Source: Candidatus Saccharimonadia bacterium
Lineage (GTDB): Bacteria > Patescibacteriota > Saccharimonadia > UBA4664
Length of the DNA stretch: 63,972 nucleotides
Assembly: GCA_041743505.1 (NCBI GenBank)
Contig: JBGTMQ010000012.1
Coordinates: 1 to 63,972 of the forward strand
Direction: 5' to 3'
Position numbers and translations under genes: made by a program. The notes under the pieces are model-generated. The model was not told the origin of the DNA. It saw only the letters and a list, made by a program, of their open reading frames with translations, and did not search any database. Each line of letters opens with the position of its first letter. Within the stretch, counting starts at the first letter, position 1. This document shows, piece after piece, positions 35,792-45,069 of the stretch.

Positions 35792-36844
35792 CTAGCTGAC
35801 CACCGCGGGTTGGGGCAACTGAGCCAAAATGGTGTCAGGCAGAGCCGCATCGGCGATGTAGAACACCGTGTCGCCCGACTGCAATGGGGTGTTGCGGCGC
35901 GGTTTGATGGCCGGGTCGGCCTGACCGTGCATCAGCGCGATAACCAGGGCTCCCGGACCCGTGTCTTCATCTTCGAGGAAGGCCCGTAGTTGGCCGTAGG
36001 TCAGGCCGTTGCAAGCGTCCGGGACCGTGAGCGGGAAGATGTCAACGCCTTCGAGGTTGCTCGAGAGGATCGACAGCACCCGGCTCATGCCTCGGCATAG
36101 GGCCTCACCAGCGATCTGGTGGATCTGATCTTGCTGCACACAGGTGACATCGGCCAGGTGGCTGAGCTCGACGGCATGGCGCGGGTTGCGCAGGGCCGGT
36201 ACCAAGCGGACATCGGGGCAGACCCGGCGGACCCGGGCGGTCAAAACAATGACCGCATCGTCACCGTCAACGTCGACGATAACGGTCTTGGCCCGGGCGC
36301 AGACTTCGCTCAGAATCTGCTCATCGGTGAGCAAACCGCGGCGAAAATGAAGCTGCCTGTCGTCTGCGAACGGCCGCTCGGCCAATTGGTCGGGGGCCAC
36401 CAGGACGGCTATGTCATGCGGATCGTTGGCATTGAGCTGGGCAATCAGTTCGGGACCATGTTCATGGTCCCAACCGATGATGACAACATGGTTATTGAGG
36501 TGAGTCACCTTACTCACTCCTTTCAGGCGGCGCTGGGCGAGCGAAATCAGCAGAGCTGTGACTTGGCCAAGGACCATGCCAAGGGCAACGAAGCCTACGG
36601 TCATGAGGCTTACTGCAATGACCCGGCCGCCAGTGGTTTTGGGCGTGATGTCGCCGTAACCAGTCGACGAGATGGTAGTGATGAACCAGTAATAATAGTC
36701 CCGGGGATGGGCCATGACTGGTTCAAACCACCACATCAGAGGCCAGCTGATTGAAAACACCAGCAGAACGAACATTGGCACCAGATACCAGCGGCTTAGC
36801 AGCCGGCCGGACCGGGCCAGTACCAGAATTAGCCAGAAGGGCAT
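35792..36844 (-). CDS. potassium channel with RCK (TrkA-N/C) domains
   Basis: 350 aa. Selectivity filter TTISSTGYGDITP between two TM helices, followed by an RCK-type Rossmann region (VVIIGWDHEHG). Confidence 0.85.
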   Translation of the reverse strand: MPFWLILVLARSGRLLSRWYLVPMFVLLVFSISWPLMWWFEPVMAHPRDYYYWFITTISSTGYGDITPKTTGGRVIAVSLMTVGFVALGMVLGQVTALLISLAQRRLKGVSKVTHLNNHVVIIGWDHEHGPELIAQLNANDPHDIAVLVAPDQLAERPFADDRQLHFRRGLLTDEQILSEVCARAKTVIVDVDGDDAVIVLTARVRRVCPDVRLVPALRNPRHAVELSHLADVTCVQQDQIHQIAGEALCRGMSRVLSILSSNLEGVDIFPLTVPDACNGLTYGQLRAFLEDEDTGPGALVIALMHGQADPAIKPRRNTPLQSGDTVFYIADAALPDTILAQLPQPAVVS

Positions 36845-36884
36845 TTCGCCCCCTCTCTGTTTGGAAGAACTCCCTCGTAGGTGG

Positions 36885-36929
36885 ATTATACCACATATAT
36901 TTTACATTTAAATAGTAATGTGGTATAAT
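36885..36929. promoter_or_regulatory. 12-bp perfect inverted repeat overlapping a TATAAT box (operator candidate)
   Basis: ATTATACCACAT (36885-36896) and ATGTGGTATAAT (36918-36929), 21 nt apart, in the divergent region between the K+ channel gene and 36972..37271. Confidence 0.4.
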
Positions 36930-36971
36930 TGAGAGATACTGACCGTTCACCGAGTAGAAAGAATTTGTGCC

Positions 36972-37271
36972 ATGTTGATATGGGGAATTATTTTTCTAGC
37001 CGCCGGAGTATTTGGCTACAGTAGTGCCCAGCTCATGGCCGGCCGAATACTGGCCGATGGCGAGCTCGAAGCGGCAGGCAACCAAGTAGTGCCCGCGCCG
37101 CTCGTCAGATCCCCGGCTGCCAGGGCCTATGAGTTGGCGCTTAGCCTTCCGGCTACCACTCACAATTCTTCCCTGCGCAAGACAGCACCGATCTACCTGC
37201 TGGTTCTGGCTGGACGGTTGCTAATACTGATTGGGGCCGCCCTGATTGTCCTGTCACTGATGCCGTGGTAA
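36972..37271 (+). CDS. small membrane protein (2 TM)
   Basis: 99 aa. TM helices IWGIIFLAAGVFGY and IYLLVLAGRLLILIGAALIVLSL. A terminator follows. Confidence 0.55.
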   Translation: MLIWGIIFLAAGVFGYSSAQLMAGRILADGELEAAGNQVVPAPLVRSPAARAYELALSLPATTHNSSLRKTAPIYLLVLAGRLLILIGAALIVLSLMPW

Positions 37272-37280
37272 TGAACCACC

Positions 37281-37312
37281 AAGGGCGAGCCGCGAATGCG
37301 CGGCTCGCCCTT
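37281..37312 (+). terminator. hairpin terminator
   Basis: 14-bp stem AAGGGCGAGCCGCG / CGCGGCTCGCCCTT with a 4-nt loop. Modest T-tract. Confidence 0.55.
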
Positions 37313-37332
37313 AATTATTGAGAAATTATAGC

Positions 37333-37406
37333 TGGAGGCGCCTACCGGAATTGAACCGGTGTACGAGGTTTTGCAGACCTCTGCGTAACCACTCCGCCAA
37401 GGCGCC
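37333..37406 (-). tRNA. tRNA-Cys (anticodon GCA), CCA encoded
   Basis: Minus strand GGCGCCTTGGCGGAGTGGTTACGCAGAGGTCTGCAAAACCTCGTACACCGGTTCAATTCCGGTAGGCGCCTCCA. Confidence 0.9.
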
Positions 37407-37550
37407 GCAAATGGTAACCGCTTGATTATACGGAAAATTGATCTAAAGCTCTAGTAGCTCAGGTTTGTACACTGGTATTTTCTGATGATTTATGCTATAA
37501 TTATCTATTCCATAGTCTATGCACCGATCTTCTGAGAGGACTGACACGCA

Positions 37551-38204
37551 ATGGAACGTGAGAACGCGGAAACTTCGCAACCGCGAACCAAGTTCAAGTT
37601 TGACATGAGCAAACACGGATGGTGGGCCGGAGTGATTTTGGCGCTTGTGGTGGTAATTGGCTTTGCGCTGTGGTTTATCAACGTAGTGTCCGATAAAGTC
37701 ACGAGCTTGCCACCTGGCGGCGGGCTGCCAGTGATCGACGAGACGCTGATGCCGGCGATCTCGACAATGTTTTGTGCTCCCGGGGCTGCCAGCCAGCTGC
37801 CCCGGGAGCTGGCTGGCGCCGTCAATACTACCCAGGCGCAGGCTAAGGTCGCTGCTAGTCCGGCTTCGCAGATTCTGCTGGAGCGCCATATCGGGGGCGA
37901 TAACCTGAAGGCAGTAGCCTTCATCGCCTTCGATCCGAAGTATTGTGGCTACTGGGGTAATATTAATTTTTACCCAGTCACCGGCCGTCAACTGCCGGCT
38001 TACGATTTTTCCCGGGAGTATGACAAGGATACGGTAGCGCTCGTTCGTGATGGCAAACCGTTCAGCCCGGGCAATAACATTTGCATCAGTAACATTCCCC
38101 CAACCGCCCAGGTGGTTGACGGGGGCATCAAGATGGTGTTTTCCTGCGACCGGGATTATCCAGTCAACACGTGGACGCAGCAGCAGCCCAGGCTGACTCC
38201 GTAA
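37551..38204 (+). CDS. hypothetical membrane-anchored (secreted-domain) protein
   Basis: 217 aa. N-terminal TM WWAGVILALVVVIGFALWFI and a terminator downstream. Preferred over the antisense ORF 37443..37991. Confidence 0.6.
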   Translation: MERENAETSQPRTKFKFDMSKHGWWAGVILALVVVIGFALWFINVVSDKVTSLPPGGGLPVIDETLMPAISTMFCAPGAASQLPRELAGAVNTTQAQAKVAASPASQILLERHIGGDNLKAVAFIAFDPKYCGYWGNINFYPVTGRQLPAYDFSREYDKDTVALVRDGKPFSPGNNICISNIPPTAQVVDGGIKMVFSCDRDYPVNTWTQQQPRLTP

Positions 38205-38229
38205 CCATTTTCACGCCCCTTTTGAGGGT

Positions 38230-38262
38230 AAGCCGCATGAGTGACAAACTCATGCGGCTTTT
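38230..38262. terminator. bidirectional hairpin
   Basis: 12-bp stem AAGCCGCATGAG / CTCATGCGGCTT, flanked by T-runs on the plus strand. It overlaps the stop codon of 38250..40595. Confidence 0.6.
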
Positions 38263-40595
38263 AATGTGATGATGCCGGTTGTGGCATCAACTTCAACAAT
38301 GTCACCGTCATGCAGAACTTTTGTGGCGGTGCGGGTGCCGATAATGCAGGGTTTTTGTAACTCACGAGCCACAATAGCTGCATGGCAGGTAATGCCGCCG
38401 ACATCGGTGACAAAGGCGGCAGCTTGGCGCATGGCCGGCATAAGGTTAGGGTTGGTAACGGAACTGACGAGAATATCGCCCGGCTGCATCTTGGGCAGGT
38501 CTGCCGGCTGGTTGATGATGCGGACAAATCCCGTGGCACGGCCGACGAAGGCGATCTGGCCCGTCAGTGTGACGCCGCCGGCTGATGCTGTGACGTCAGC
38601 GGCCGGCGGTTTGACTTCCTGCCTCAGGAAGGTGGCGGCCGATGGGCCGGTCATGACTTGCTCAATGCCATCGCGATATGCGTACACCGCTGCTTCAAGC
38701 CGGTCGGAGAGATTATCTGGAACACGGCCCTGGCGAATAAGAGCTTGAGTCTCGGTATTGGTTAGAAAATTAATGAGCTCCTTGGGCAGCTGATACCGGC
38801 GCGAAAGTTCGGCAGCCAGGTGGCCCATGGCGGCGTAAGTTAAGAAAAATGCCTCTTTGCGCAGGGCTTTGAGTAACACCCAATCGCGGGCAATACTAAA
38901 CGAACGCTGTAGTCGGACTGGCAGCCGGGCATTTAGGACTTTGATTGTTGCAGCTGTGGCGCCGGGCGTCCCCGCGAGTTGGGCATGACGGCGGGCAGCG
39001 GCGGCGGGATTGGCGCGGTAGTCTCTGAGCCGGCGCTCGATGTCGGCTAGTTTATAAACTGGGCCCGCGTAGCCATAGGTTAGCCAAAAATAGCATTGCT
39101 GGTGGGTGGTAAGCACCGGCGAGCCGGTTTGCACGTCCTGGTCTGTGGCCAGCCGTAAAAGGGCCAGCTCTTCCTGGGCAATTTCTGACAGCTCGGTTGG
39201 GGTTGTGAGCGTAACGAAGTCGGCAGCCGGATTGGCGGAATGAGTCGTGAGCCTGGCGGTTAACTCGGTGGTGAGGTACGGTGTGCCGAGGTCACTGTAG
39301 GTCGGGATGATGCCGCGCTCGTAAACCCGTTCGTAGAGGCGCATAACGGACCTGTGACGGGCGGCAAATTGGGCGGATGTTAGGCGGCTTAGATCAGCGG
39401 AATACAGGTCGCGGCTGACCGTTTTGAGCTGGTCTATATCCCGGCGTAAGGCCCGATTGAAGGCAATGAAGCTAGCTGGGCGAGTCAGCAAACGGGCTAT
39501 GATCTCCTGGGCTGCTACATCCCATTTGGGGATTTCGGCGTACCAATAGACGTTGCTGTCATGGAAATCGAACAGGCATTCCGGTGGTGAGGTGACATAG
39601 CGGCCGGCACGAACCGCCATAATATAAGCTAGCCGGGAAACAACAAACGGAATCACTTGATAATCGGTGATGAGGAGTTCGAATTGCGGCGTGGTTATGG
39701 GCCCGGTGTCTTTGATAGTGGCTGATGGGAGCGTGGTAATGGGCCGGGACTGGATGATCCAAAGCTTTTCGTCATGAATAGCCCATTCGATGTCTTGTGG
39801 CCGGCCAAAGTGAGTTTCCAGCTGTTGACTAGTGGTGACTAATTGTTGGATTTGAGATTTGGTGAGGGTAGATTTGGAAGTTTCTTGCGGCGTTAAGGGC
39901 GTGGACTGATTGCGGCCGTCGCGGTAGGCTAGCTGATGACTCTGGCCGAGCGGTTGATGACTGATGAGCTGTCCGTTTGCAGCCTTGACTATGAAGCTTT
40001 CCGGGGTAACGGCGCCTTGGACGAGGAGCTCACCTAACCCGTAAATGGCTTCAATGATGATCTCATCACGCCGGCCGGATACCGGGTTGGCCGTGAACAT
40101 AACGCCGGAGACGCCGCTCGGGACCATGGTCTGGACGATGACGGCCACATCCTGGCTGTCGGGTTTGGTTTGGTGTTCGGCTGCGTAGGCCCTAGCCCGC
40201 GCGGAGTTGATAGAGGCGCGGCAGGCTTTGACAGCGTCTGTCAGGCCGGCTTCCGGGACATTGAGGTAGCTCTCGAGCTGGCCGGCCCATGAGGCAATTT
40301 CTGAGTCTTCGGCAACAGCAGACGAGCGTACCGCGACGAGATTTACGCCAAGGTCTGTGAAGGCACGCCGGATGGAGCGTTGGAGTGCGGACGGATCGCT
40401 GCGGAAGGCTGCCGTGGTAATGACAAAACCAGACGGCACCGGCACACCAATCTGCATGAGCTCCCCGAGGGCGGCGGCCTTTCCGCCAACTTGGGTGATA
40501 TCGGACAACGATACGTCATGTAATGGCTTTATCAAGCTCATGATTTTATTATAGCTGATGCATGATTCGTTATTAACGTCAGATTTGACTGACAT
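38250..40595 (-). CDS. PEP-utilising enzyme family protein with N-terminal ATP-grasp (PPDK_N) and C-terminal phosphohistidine swivel domain
   Basis: 781 aa (ATG at 40541 is an alternative start). N-terminus VGGKAAALGEL...VAVRSSA.AED; C-terminus ILVSSVTNPNLMP...AAFVTDVGGITCHAAIVARELQKPCIIG. No PEP/pyruvate TIM-barrel domain follows the swivel domain. Confidence 0.8.
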   Translation of the reverse strand: MSVKSDVNNESCISYNKIMSLIKPLHDVSLSDITQVGGKAAALGELMQIGVPVPSGFVITTAAFRSDPSALQRSIRRAFTDLGVNLVAVRSSAVAEDSEIASWAGQLESYLNVPEAGLTDAVKACRASINSARARAYAAEHQTKPDSQDVAVIVQTMVPSGVSGVMFTANPVSGRRDEIIIEAIYGLGELLVQGAVTPESFIVKAANGQLISHQPLGQSHQLAYRDGRNQSTPLTPQETSKSTLTKSQIQQLVTTSQQLETHFGRPQDIEWAIHDEKLWIIQSRPITTLPSATIKDTGPITTPQFELLITDYQVIPFVVSRLAYIMAVRAGRYVTSPPECLFDFHDSNVYWYAEIPKWDVAAQEIIARLLTRPASFIAFNRALRRDIDQLKTVSRDLYSADLSRLTSAQFAARHRSVMRLYERVYERGIIPTYSDLGTPYLTTELTARLTTHSANPAADFVTLTTPTELSEIAQEELALLRLATDQDVQTGSPVLTTHQQCYFWLTYGYAGPVYKLADIERRLRDYRANPAAAARRHAQLAGTPGATAATIKVLNARLPVRLQRSFSIARDWVLLKALRKEAFFLTYAAMGHLAAELSRRYQLPKELINFLTNTETQALIRQGRVPDNLSDRLEAAVYAYRDGIEQVMTGPSAATFLRQEVKPPAADVTASAGGVTLTGQIAFVGRATGFVRIINQPADLPKMQPGDILVSSVTNPNLMPAMRQAAAFVTDVGGITCHAAIVARELQKPCIIGTRTATKVLHDGDIVEVDATTGIITLKAA

Positions 40596-40742
40596 TATCG
40601 GGCGGGCGTATACTGGAGTTGTTATGAACTATTATAGTGTTTTAGGTTTGCTGATTCTGAGCTCGGAGTAGCTCGGTTGAAGGTGGCAACATTGCAGCTA
40701 TCAATCGGGCTTTAGGGCTCGTTTTTAATTAATACCTCGCCT

Positions 40743-43649
40743 ATGACTAGCAAAGAACTTATCGAACAAACTAAACGGCTGATTGCTATACCGTCGACGG
40801 CCGATAACCCGACGGCTTTGCGGCAAGCGGTGGACTTTGTGGCCGGGATGATCACAAAGCGGTGTCCGGACGTCACGTTTGAGTGGTTTGAGACCCACGG
40901 CAAGCACAGTTTTTTGGCGTACCGCGGCAAGCTCCGACCGGCCGAGTTTGATATTTTGCTGAACGTGCACGTGGATGTGGTGCCGGGTAAGCCGGAGCAA
41001 TTTAAAGCGGTGGAGAAGAACGGCCGGCTGTACGGGCGTGGCGCTTTGGACATGAAGGGTACTACCCTGGCCCTAGCCGATGCTTTTTGTGAGTTGGTTG
41101 ACGATGCGCCTTACAGTTTGGGTTTGCAAGTTGTGTCGGATGAAGAAATCGGCGGCGAATACGGCACACGGGTCCAGATAGAAAGTGGCGTGCGGGCAAA
41201 GTTCGTCATTATGGGTGAATACGCTAACGAAAAGCATGTGATTTATAATGCCGCTCGCGGCTTGTGCTGGGCTGAGATTGTTTTTAAAGGCAGGTCAGCC
41301 CACGGCGGCCATCTCTGGAAAGGCACTAATGCCGTGGTTAAGGCCGGAGATTTTGCCGGCGCTGTGCTCAAGCACTACCCTACCCCGGACAAGGAAACCT
41401 GGACGACGACGGCCAGCATCGCTAGCCTCCAGACACCTAACCAGACATTTAACCGGGTGCCGGACACGGCGGTGCTGAAAATTGATTTTAGGTTTACCAA
41501 GGCTGACCCGGTGTTTCGGGATCTTGACTCGCTGCGGGCGTTTATTGCCAGTATTGATCCTGACGCGGAGTTAGTAGCCGCTGATGTGTTTGGGCCGGCG
41601 GTTCATGTGGATGAGCTTAATCCGTACGTCCAGGGCCTCAGTGCGGCTATGCGACAGGCGACTGGCTCCAAGCCGCAGTATTTGGGGCGGCCGGCCGCCA
41701 GTGATGGACGGCACTTTGCGGTAATTGATAACGATATCATTGAATTTGGCTTGTACGGCAAAGATTCCCACGCTGATAACGAGTCGGTAGAGCTAAAGTC
41801 TTTTGCTGAGTACCAAGCGATAATGCACGGTTTTTTGGCCCAGCCGATTCCGGCTAAGCTGAAGCCGACGATTGTCCGGACCGAGCCGTTGGGTTATACG
41901 GTGTTACGCGAACTAGTAGCACGGCCGACGGTGACTAGTGACCGGATTGCTAATGAGGCCGCACTGGGATATATCGGGAAGTTTCTGAGCGACCGGGGTA
42001 TGCACGTTGAGCAGTTTGAGTATGAAGGTTTTGACTCGATAGTGGCCACCACAAAGGTGCGGAACAAGCGGCCGGCGGTGATGTTATACGCCCATATTGA
42101 TGTGGTGCCGGGTAAGCCAGAGCAATTCAAGCTGAGTGTTAAGGGTGACGAATTGCATGGCCGGGGCGTTTTGGATATGAAGGCGGCCATTGCCAGTTAC
42201 TTGGCGGTGGTGGATGAACTGCGGCTGGAGCTGGGCGCGTATGATTTTGGCATTATGATCACCAGCGACGAAGAGGTGGGCGGCAAGCATGGCGCCGAGA
42301 AATTGGTGCAGGAGGCCGGCTACCGGCCTGGCGTAGTGATTGTGCCGGATGGCGGCGAGGGCTGGCAGATCGAGCGGTTTGCCAAGGGTGTGCAATGGAT
42401 CAAACTGGTGGCCTCCGGGAAAGCCGGGCACGCCTCCCGTCCTTGGGAGGGTGACGACGCCATCCACCGACTGCTTGGAGCTTTGCATGATATTAAGGCC
42501 TTGGTGCCGGCCAACCCGTCACGCGAAGATACGATATTGAGTGTGGGGACGATTGAGGGCGGCACCACAGCTAACCAGATTCCGTCTGCCGCTTCGGCCA
42601 TGCTGGATGTGCGCTACGGCAGCCTGGCGGATTACGAACAATTGTATCCGCGTATTCAGGACGTGAGCCGGGAACATGGCGTTGAAGCCATCTTGGTAGT
42701 TAGCTCGCCACCATGCGTGACTGATTTGGACGACCCGCTCATTAAACCGTTTCGTCGGGCCATTGCTGAGGCGTGCGGCCAGGCGGCAGGTTCGTCGATG
42801 AGTTATGCTGCTACGGATGGGCGGTACTTTAGTGCCGTCGGTATCCCTTGCATTGTGACGACCCCGCCTGGGGCTGGGCGCCACAAGGACGACGAATGGT
42901 TGTCCAAGACCGGGTTTGATCAATTTGGCGTCATTCTCAAGCAGTACCTCACCGAAGTGGCGGCTGAGCCGGCGCTGGCCGTGGTTCCGGTTAAGGGCCA
43001 GGAGTATGTTTGGTACGCCTCGTATGGCTCAGGACTTTGCAAGGAATTATTTATGTCGGTGATTGAAGGTGGCCGACCTGCGGGTGCGGCCCGTGATTTT
43101 CGTGGCTGTACCGACAAAACGCCGCCGTTGCGGGATTATTTTATGGCCTTGCCGCATGCGCTGTACTTTGGCGGTGAATCTGAGACCTGGACCGGCGGGT
43201 TCCCGACTTTGGGGCTGGCCAAAGGCCCTAAGGCTCATACGATTGCGCGGGCGTACCTTATCACGCTTGCGCAGTACAAGGAGATCCTGGCACAAGAGAA
43301 TTCTCGGGACCGCATTGCGGAGTTGCCGATTGAAGCAGCCATAAAGCACGGCCACGCCACTATTGGCGACGGCACCGGCAACTACGAAGAGCTAATGTAC
43401 TGCGGCACCAAAGACGGTTACCCGATCTTTGCGGTCACTGCAACTACGCCCCGCCAGCCCTATGCGCCGCCATCGCCGGCTTATACCCGGATGCTGTGCA
43501 TTGGCTTGTCACAGGATAAGGGTTTTGAGACGGAAGCGGCTGTGGATTACTTGATGCAGGCGCAAGGTATAAACGGCACATATAAGCCGGCTGAGCTGTC
43601 AGCCTTGATGGATGAGACTACCGCTAGTCATACCGGTCGTCCTTTATAA
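40743..43649 (+). CDS. fusion protein: two tandem M20 (ArgE/DapE/CPG2-type) peptidase modules plus a C-terminal GGCT/AIG2-like domain
   Basis: 968 aa. Two copies of the M20 signature (LLNVHVDVVPGKPEQF...LYGRGALDMKG and MLYAHIDVVPGKPEQF...LHGRGVLDMKAA, each followed by SDEE.GG). The C-terminal roughly 230 aa begins YVWYASYGSGLCKELF, like the YFAYGSNL motif of gamma-glutamylcyclotransferase-fold proteins. Confidence 0.75.
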   Translation: MTSKELIEQTKRLIAIPSTADNPTALRQAVDFVAGMITKRCPDVTFEWFETHGKHSFLAYRGKLRPAEFDILLNVHVDVVPGKPEQFKAVEKNGRLYGRGALDMKGTTLALADAFCELVDDAPYSLGLQVVSDEEIGGEYGTRVQIESGVRAKFVIMGEYANEKHVIYNAARGLCWAEIVFKGRSAHGGHLWKGTNAVVKAGDFAGAVLKHYPTPDKETWTTTASIASLQTPNQTFNRVPDTAVLKIDFRFTKADPVFRDLDSLRAFIASIDPDAELVAADVFGPAVHVDELNPYVQGLSAAMRQATGSKPQYLGRPAASDGRHFAVIDNDIIEFGLYGKDSHADNESVELKSFAEYQAIMHGFLAQPIPAKLKPTIVRTEPLGYTVLRELVARPTVTSDRIANEAALGYIGKFLSDRGMHVEQFEYEGFDSIVATTKVRNKRPAVMLYAHIDVVPGKPEQFKLSVKGDELHGRGVLDMKAAIASYLAVVDELRLELGAYDFGIMITSDEEVGGKHGAEKLVQEAGYRPGVVIVPDGGEGWQIERFAKGVQWIKLVASGKAGHASRPWEGDDAIHRLLGALHDIKALVPANPSREDTILSVGTIEGGTTANQIPSAASAMLDVRYGSLADYEQLYPRIQDVSREHGVEAILVVSSPPCVTDLDDPLIKPFRRAIAEACGQAAGSSMSYAATDGRYFSAVGIPCIVTTPPGAGRHKDDEWLSKTGFDQFGVILKQYLTEVAAEPALAVVPVKGQEYVWYASYGSGLCKELFMSVIEGGRPAGAARDFRGCTDKTPPLRDYFMALPHALYFGGESETWTGGFPTLGLAKGPKAHTIARAYLITLAQYKEILAQENSRDRIAELPIEAAIKHGHATIGDGTGNYEELMYCGTKDGYPIFAVTATTPRQPYAPPSPAYTRMLCIGLSQDKGFETEAAVDYLMQAQGINGTYKPAELSALMDETTASHTGRPL

Positions 43650-44034
43650 GCTCCACCCACATGCCGTCGGGGTCTTGGATGAAGAAAAAGCTGACGTTTG
43701 AGCCGAACATGATTGTTGTGCTTTCGTCGGCCAAGCTTTTGCTCTGCAGATCAGCTAGTGCCGCCTCGATATTATCAGTTTGTAACGCTATGTGCTTCAC
43801 GCCAATTTCCGGCAGATTATTGCCGTATTGGTAATTGGCTCTTGGTTTACTGAGGCTCTCCTTGTAAGCAAAAATTTCTAAGAACGACCCGCCGAGTTTA
43901 AGGTGCACAATACTCATGGAGCCGTCGGATTCGTCGTACCTGTGAACCGATTCATATCCTAGGCTTTCATAGAATCTCACTGATGCGGCCAGATTGCGGA
44001 CAGATATGGCCGTGTGATGTGGACGGTAGCTCAC
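43624..44034 (-). CDS. VOC-family (glyoxalase/lactoylglutathione lyase-like) protein
   Basis: 136 aa. HHTAISVRNLAASVRFYESLGY, HIALQ and FFIQDPDGMWVELI. Confidence 0.8.
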   Translation of the reverse strand: MSYRPHHTAISVRNLAASVRFYESLGYESVHRYDESDGSMSIVHLKLGGSFLEIFAYKESLSKPRANYQYGNNLPEIGVKHIALQTDNIEAALADLQSKSLADESTTIMFGSNVSFFFIQDPDGMWVELIKDDRYD

Positions 44035-44627
44035 TTTTGGCCGTTGTTTCCGGTTTCATTCAGCCACGCTCCTAATTTCCCAAAATTTGACCGCTCTTGC
44101 CATTTGGCCCAAATCTTATCACGCTCGAGCCCCTTTAGTTCGCTTAGTGGCTTACTGGCTCCGTTGGGTATAAAAATACGCCACAGATCAGACCAGCTCT
44201 CTTGAATGTTTGTGGGCGCTATGCGCTGGGCTAGCATTCCGGCATCACCTTGTTCGCTGAATACTTTTATCTTGCCGGCGGCATTAACGTATGCCAGTGC
44301 GCTGATAAAGCGGCACCGGCGAGAGCTTAAACCGGAAGTTAATCTAAGTAGACCATCTATACCGACCGTTTGGAGCACGTATTTGATGTAAGGCCCGGGG
44401 AAACCGTTTAGTTCGTCGATGCCGAATGAACTGTCTTCGACAACCAGGGGTGATTTTAAAATCTCGAAGGCCTGCTGAGCTTTTGAAATGACTATCTCTT
44501 CTACGCTGTCTGCCTGTGGCTCGATTAAGGCAAGCTTGATCTGTTTAACGACAATAGTCATACCTTCGAGGTGCTTCTGCATGGAGTTAACTTTCCCAGT
44601 GTTGCCAGTAACGAAGTGTATAGTCAT
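44031..44627 (-). CDS. rdgB: non-canonical purine NTP pyrophosphatase (RdgB/HAM1 family)
   Basis: 198 aa. IHFVTGNTGKV, EDSSFGIDELNGFPGPY. Confidence 0.8.
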   Translation of the reverse strand: MTIHFVTGNTGKVNSMQKHLEGMTIVVKQIKLALIEPQADSVEEIVISKAQQAFEILKSPLVVEDSSFGIDELNGFPGPYIKYVLQTVGIDGLLRLTSGLSSRRCRFISALAYVNAAGKIKVFSEQGDAGMLAQRIAPTNIQESWSDLWRIFIPNGASKPLSELKGLERDKIWAKWQERSNFGKLGAWLNETGNNGQK

Positions 44628-44628
44628 C

Positions 44629-44991
44629 CTAAGCCAAATGCTGAGTTATATCCATAAGATTGCCGACGGTGATTTGATGCGCGTCGTCGACCTGGGTTTG
44701 GTGGCGGTTGTTTTCTCTGAGTACAACCAGGCCGAAATGCAGTTTTTCTTTGGGGGTCTGGAGGTCGCCGGCAAAGGAGTCGCCGAGCATGATGGCTTTG
44801 GCATAGTCGATGGGACGGCCCTGTTCGGCTTCGGCCTGCCGGATGCCTTCGGAGGCCGGGATGGAGGCGGACACGGTATCAATGAGCGTGTCGTCGATGT
44901 CGGCGAACCAGATGGACTCGGTCCAGGAAATTTTTGTAACTGCTGGCGGTTGATTCATGACGGTATCATACCAGATTGGAGTCTTGTGCAT
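44629..44991 (-). CDS. truncated HAD-like hydrolase (motifs I and IV only)
   Basis: 120 aa. FADIDDTLIDT (DxDxT) is followed after only about 35 aa by AIMLGDSFAGDL (GDxxxxD). The cap and motifs II/III appear to be missing. Confidence 0.45.
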   Translation of the reverse strand: MHKTPIWYDTVMNQPPAVTKISWTESIWFADIDDTLIDTVSASIPASEGIRQAEAEQGRPIDYAKAIMLGDSFAGDLQTPKEKLHFGLVVLRENNRHQTQVDDAHQITVGNLMDITQHLA

Positions 44992-45069
44992 TTAACCATA
45001 AGAATTATCTTGCGTTTTTGTGGCAAGCAAGACATAATTAGATTAATCAGTCTATAAAAAGGCCTGGCA

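Noticed and set aside
37443-37991. 182-aa minus-strand ORF
   Set aside because: It is antisense to 37551..38204, which has a TM anchor, a plausible start and a terminator. The minus ORF would also start almost inside the tRNA-Cys flank.
40596-40742. Possible riboswitch or leader peptide (a 15-codon ATG ORF) upstream of the M20 fusion gene
   Set aside because: Only short 5-bp stems are present, and there is no recognisable riboswitch core or terminator/antiterminator pair.
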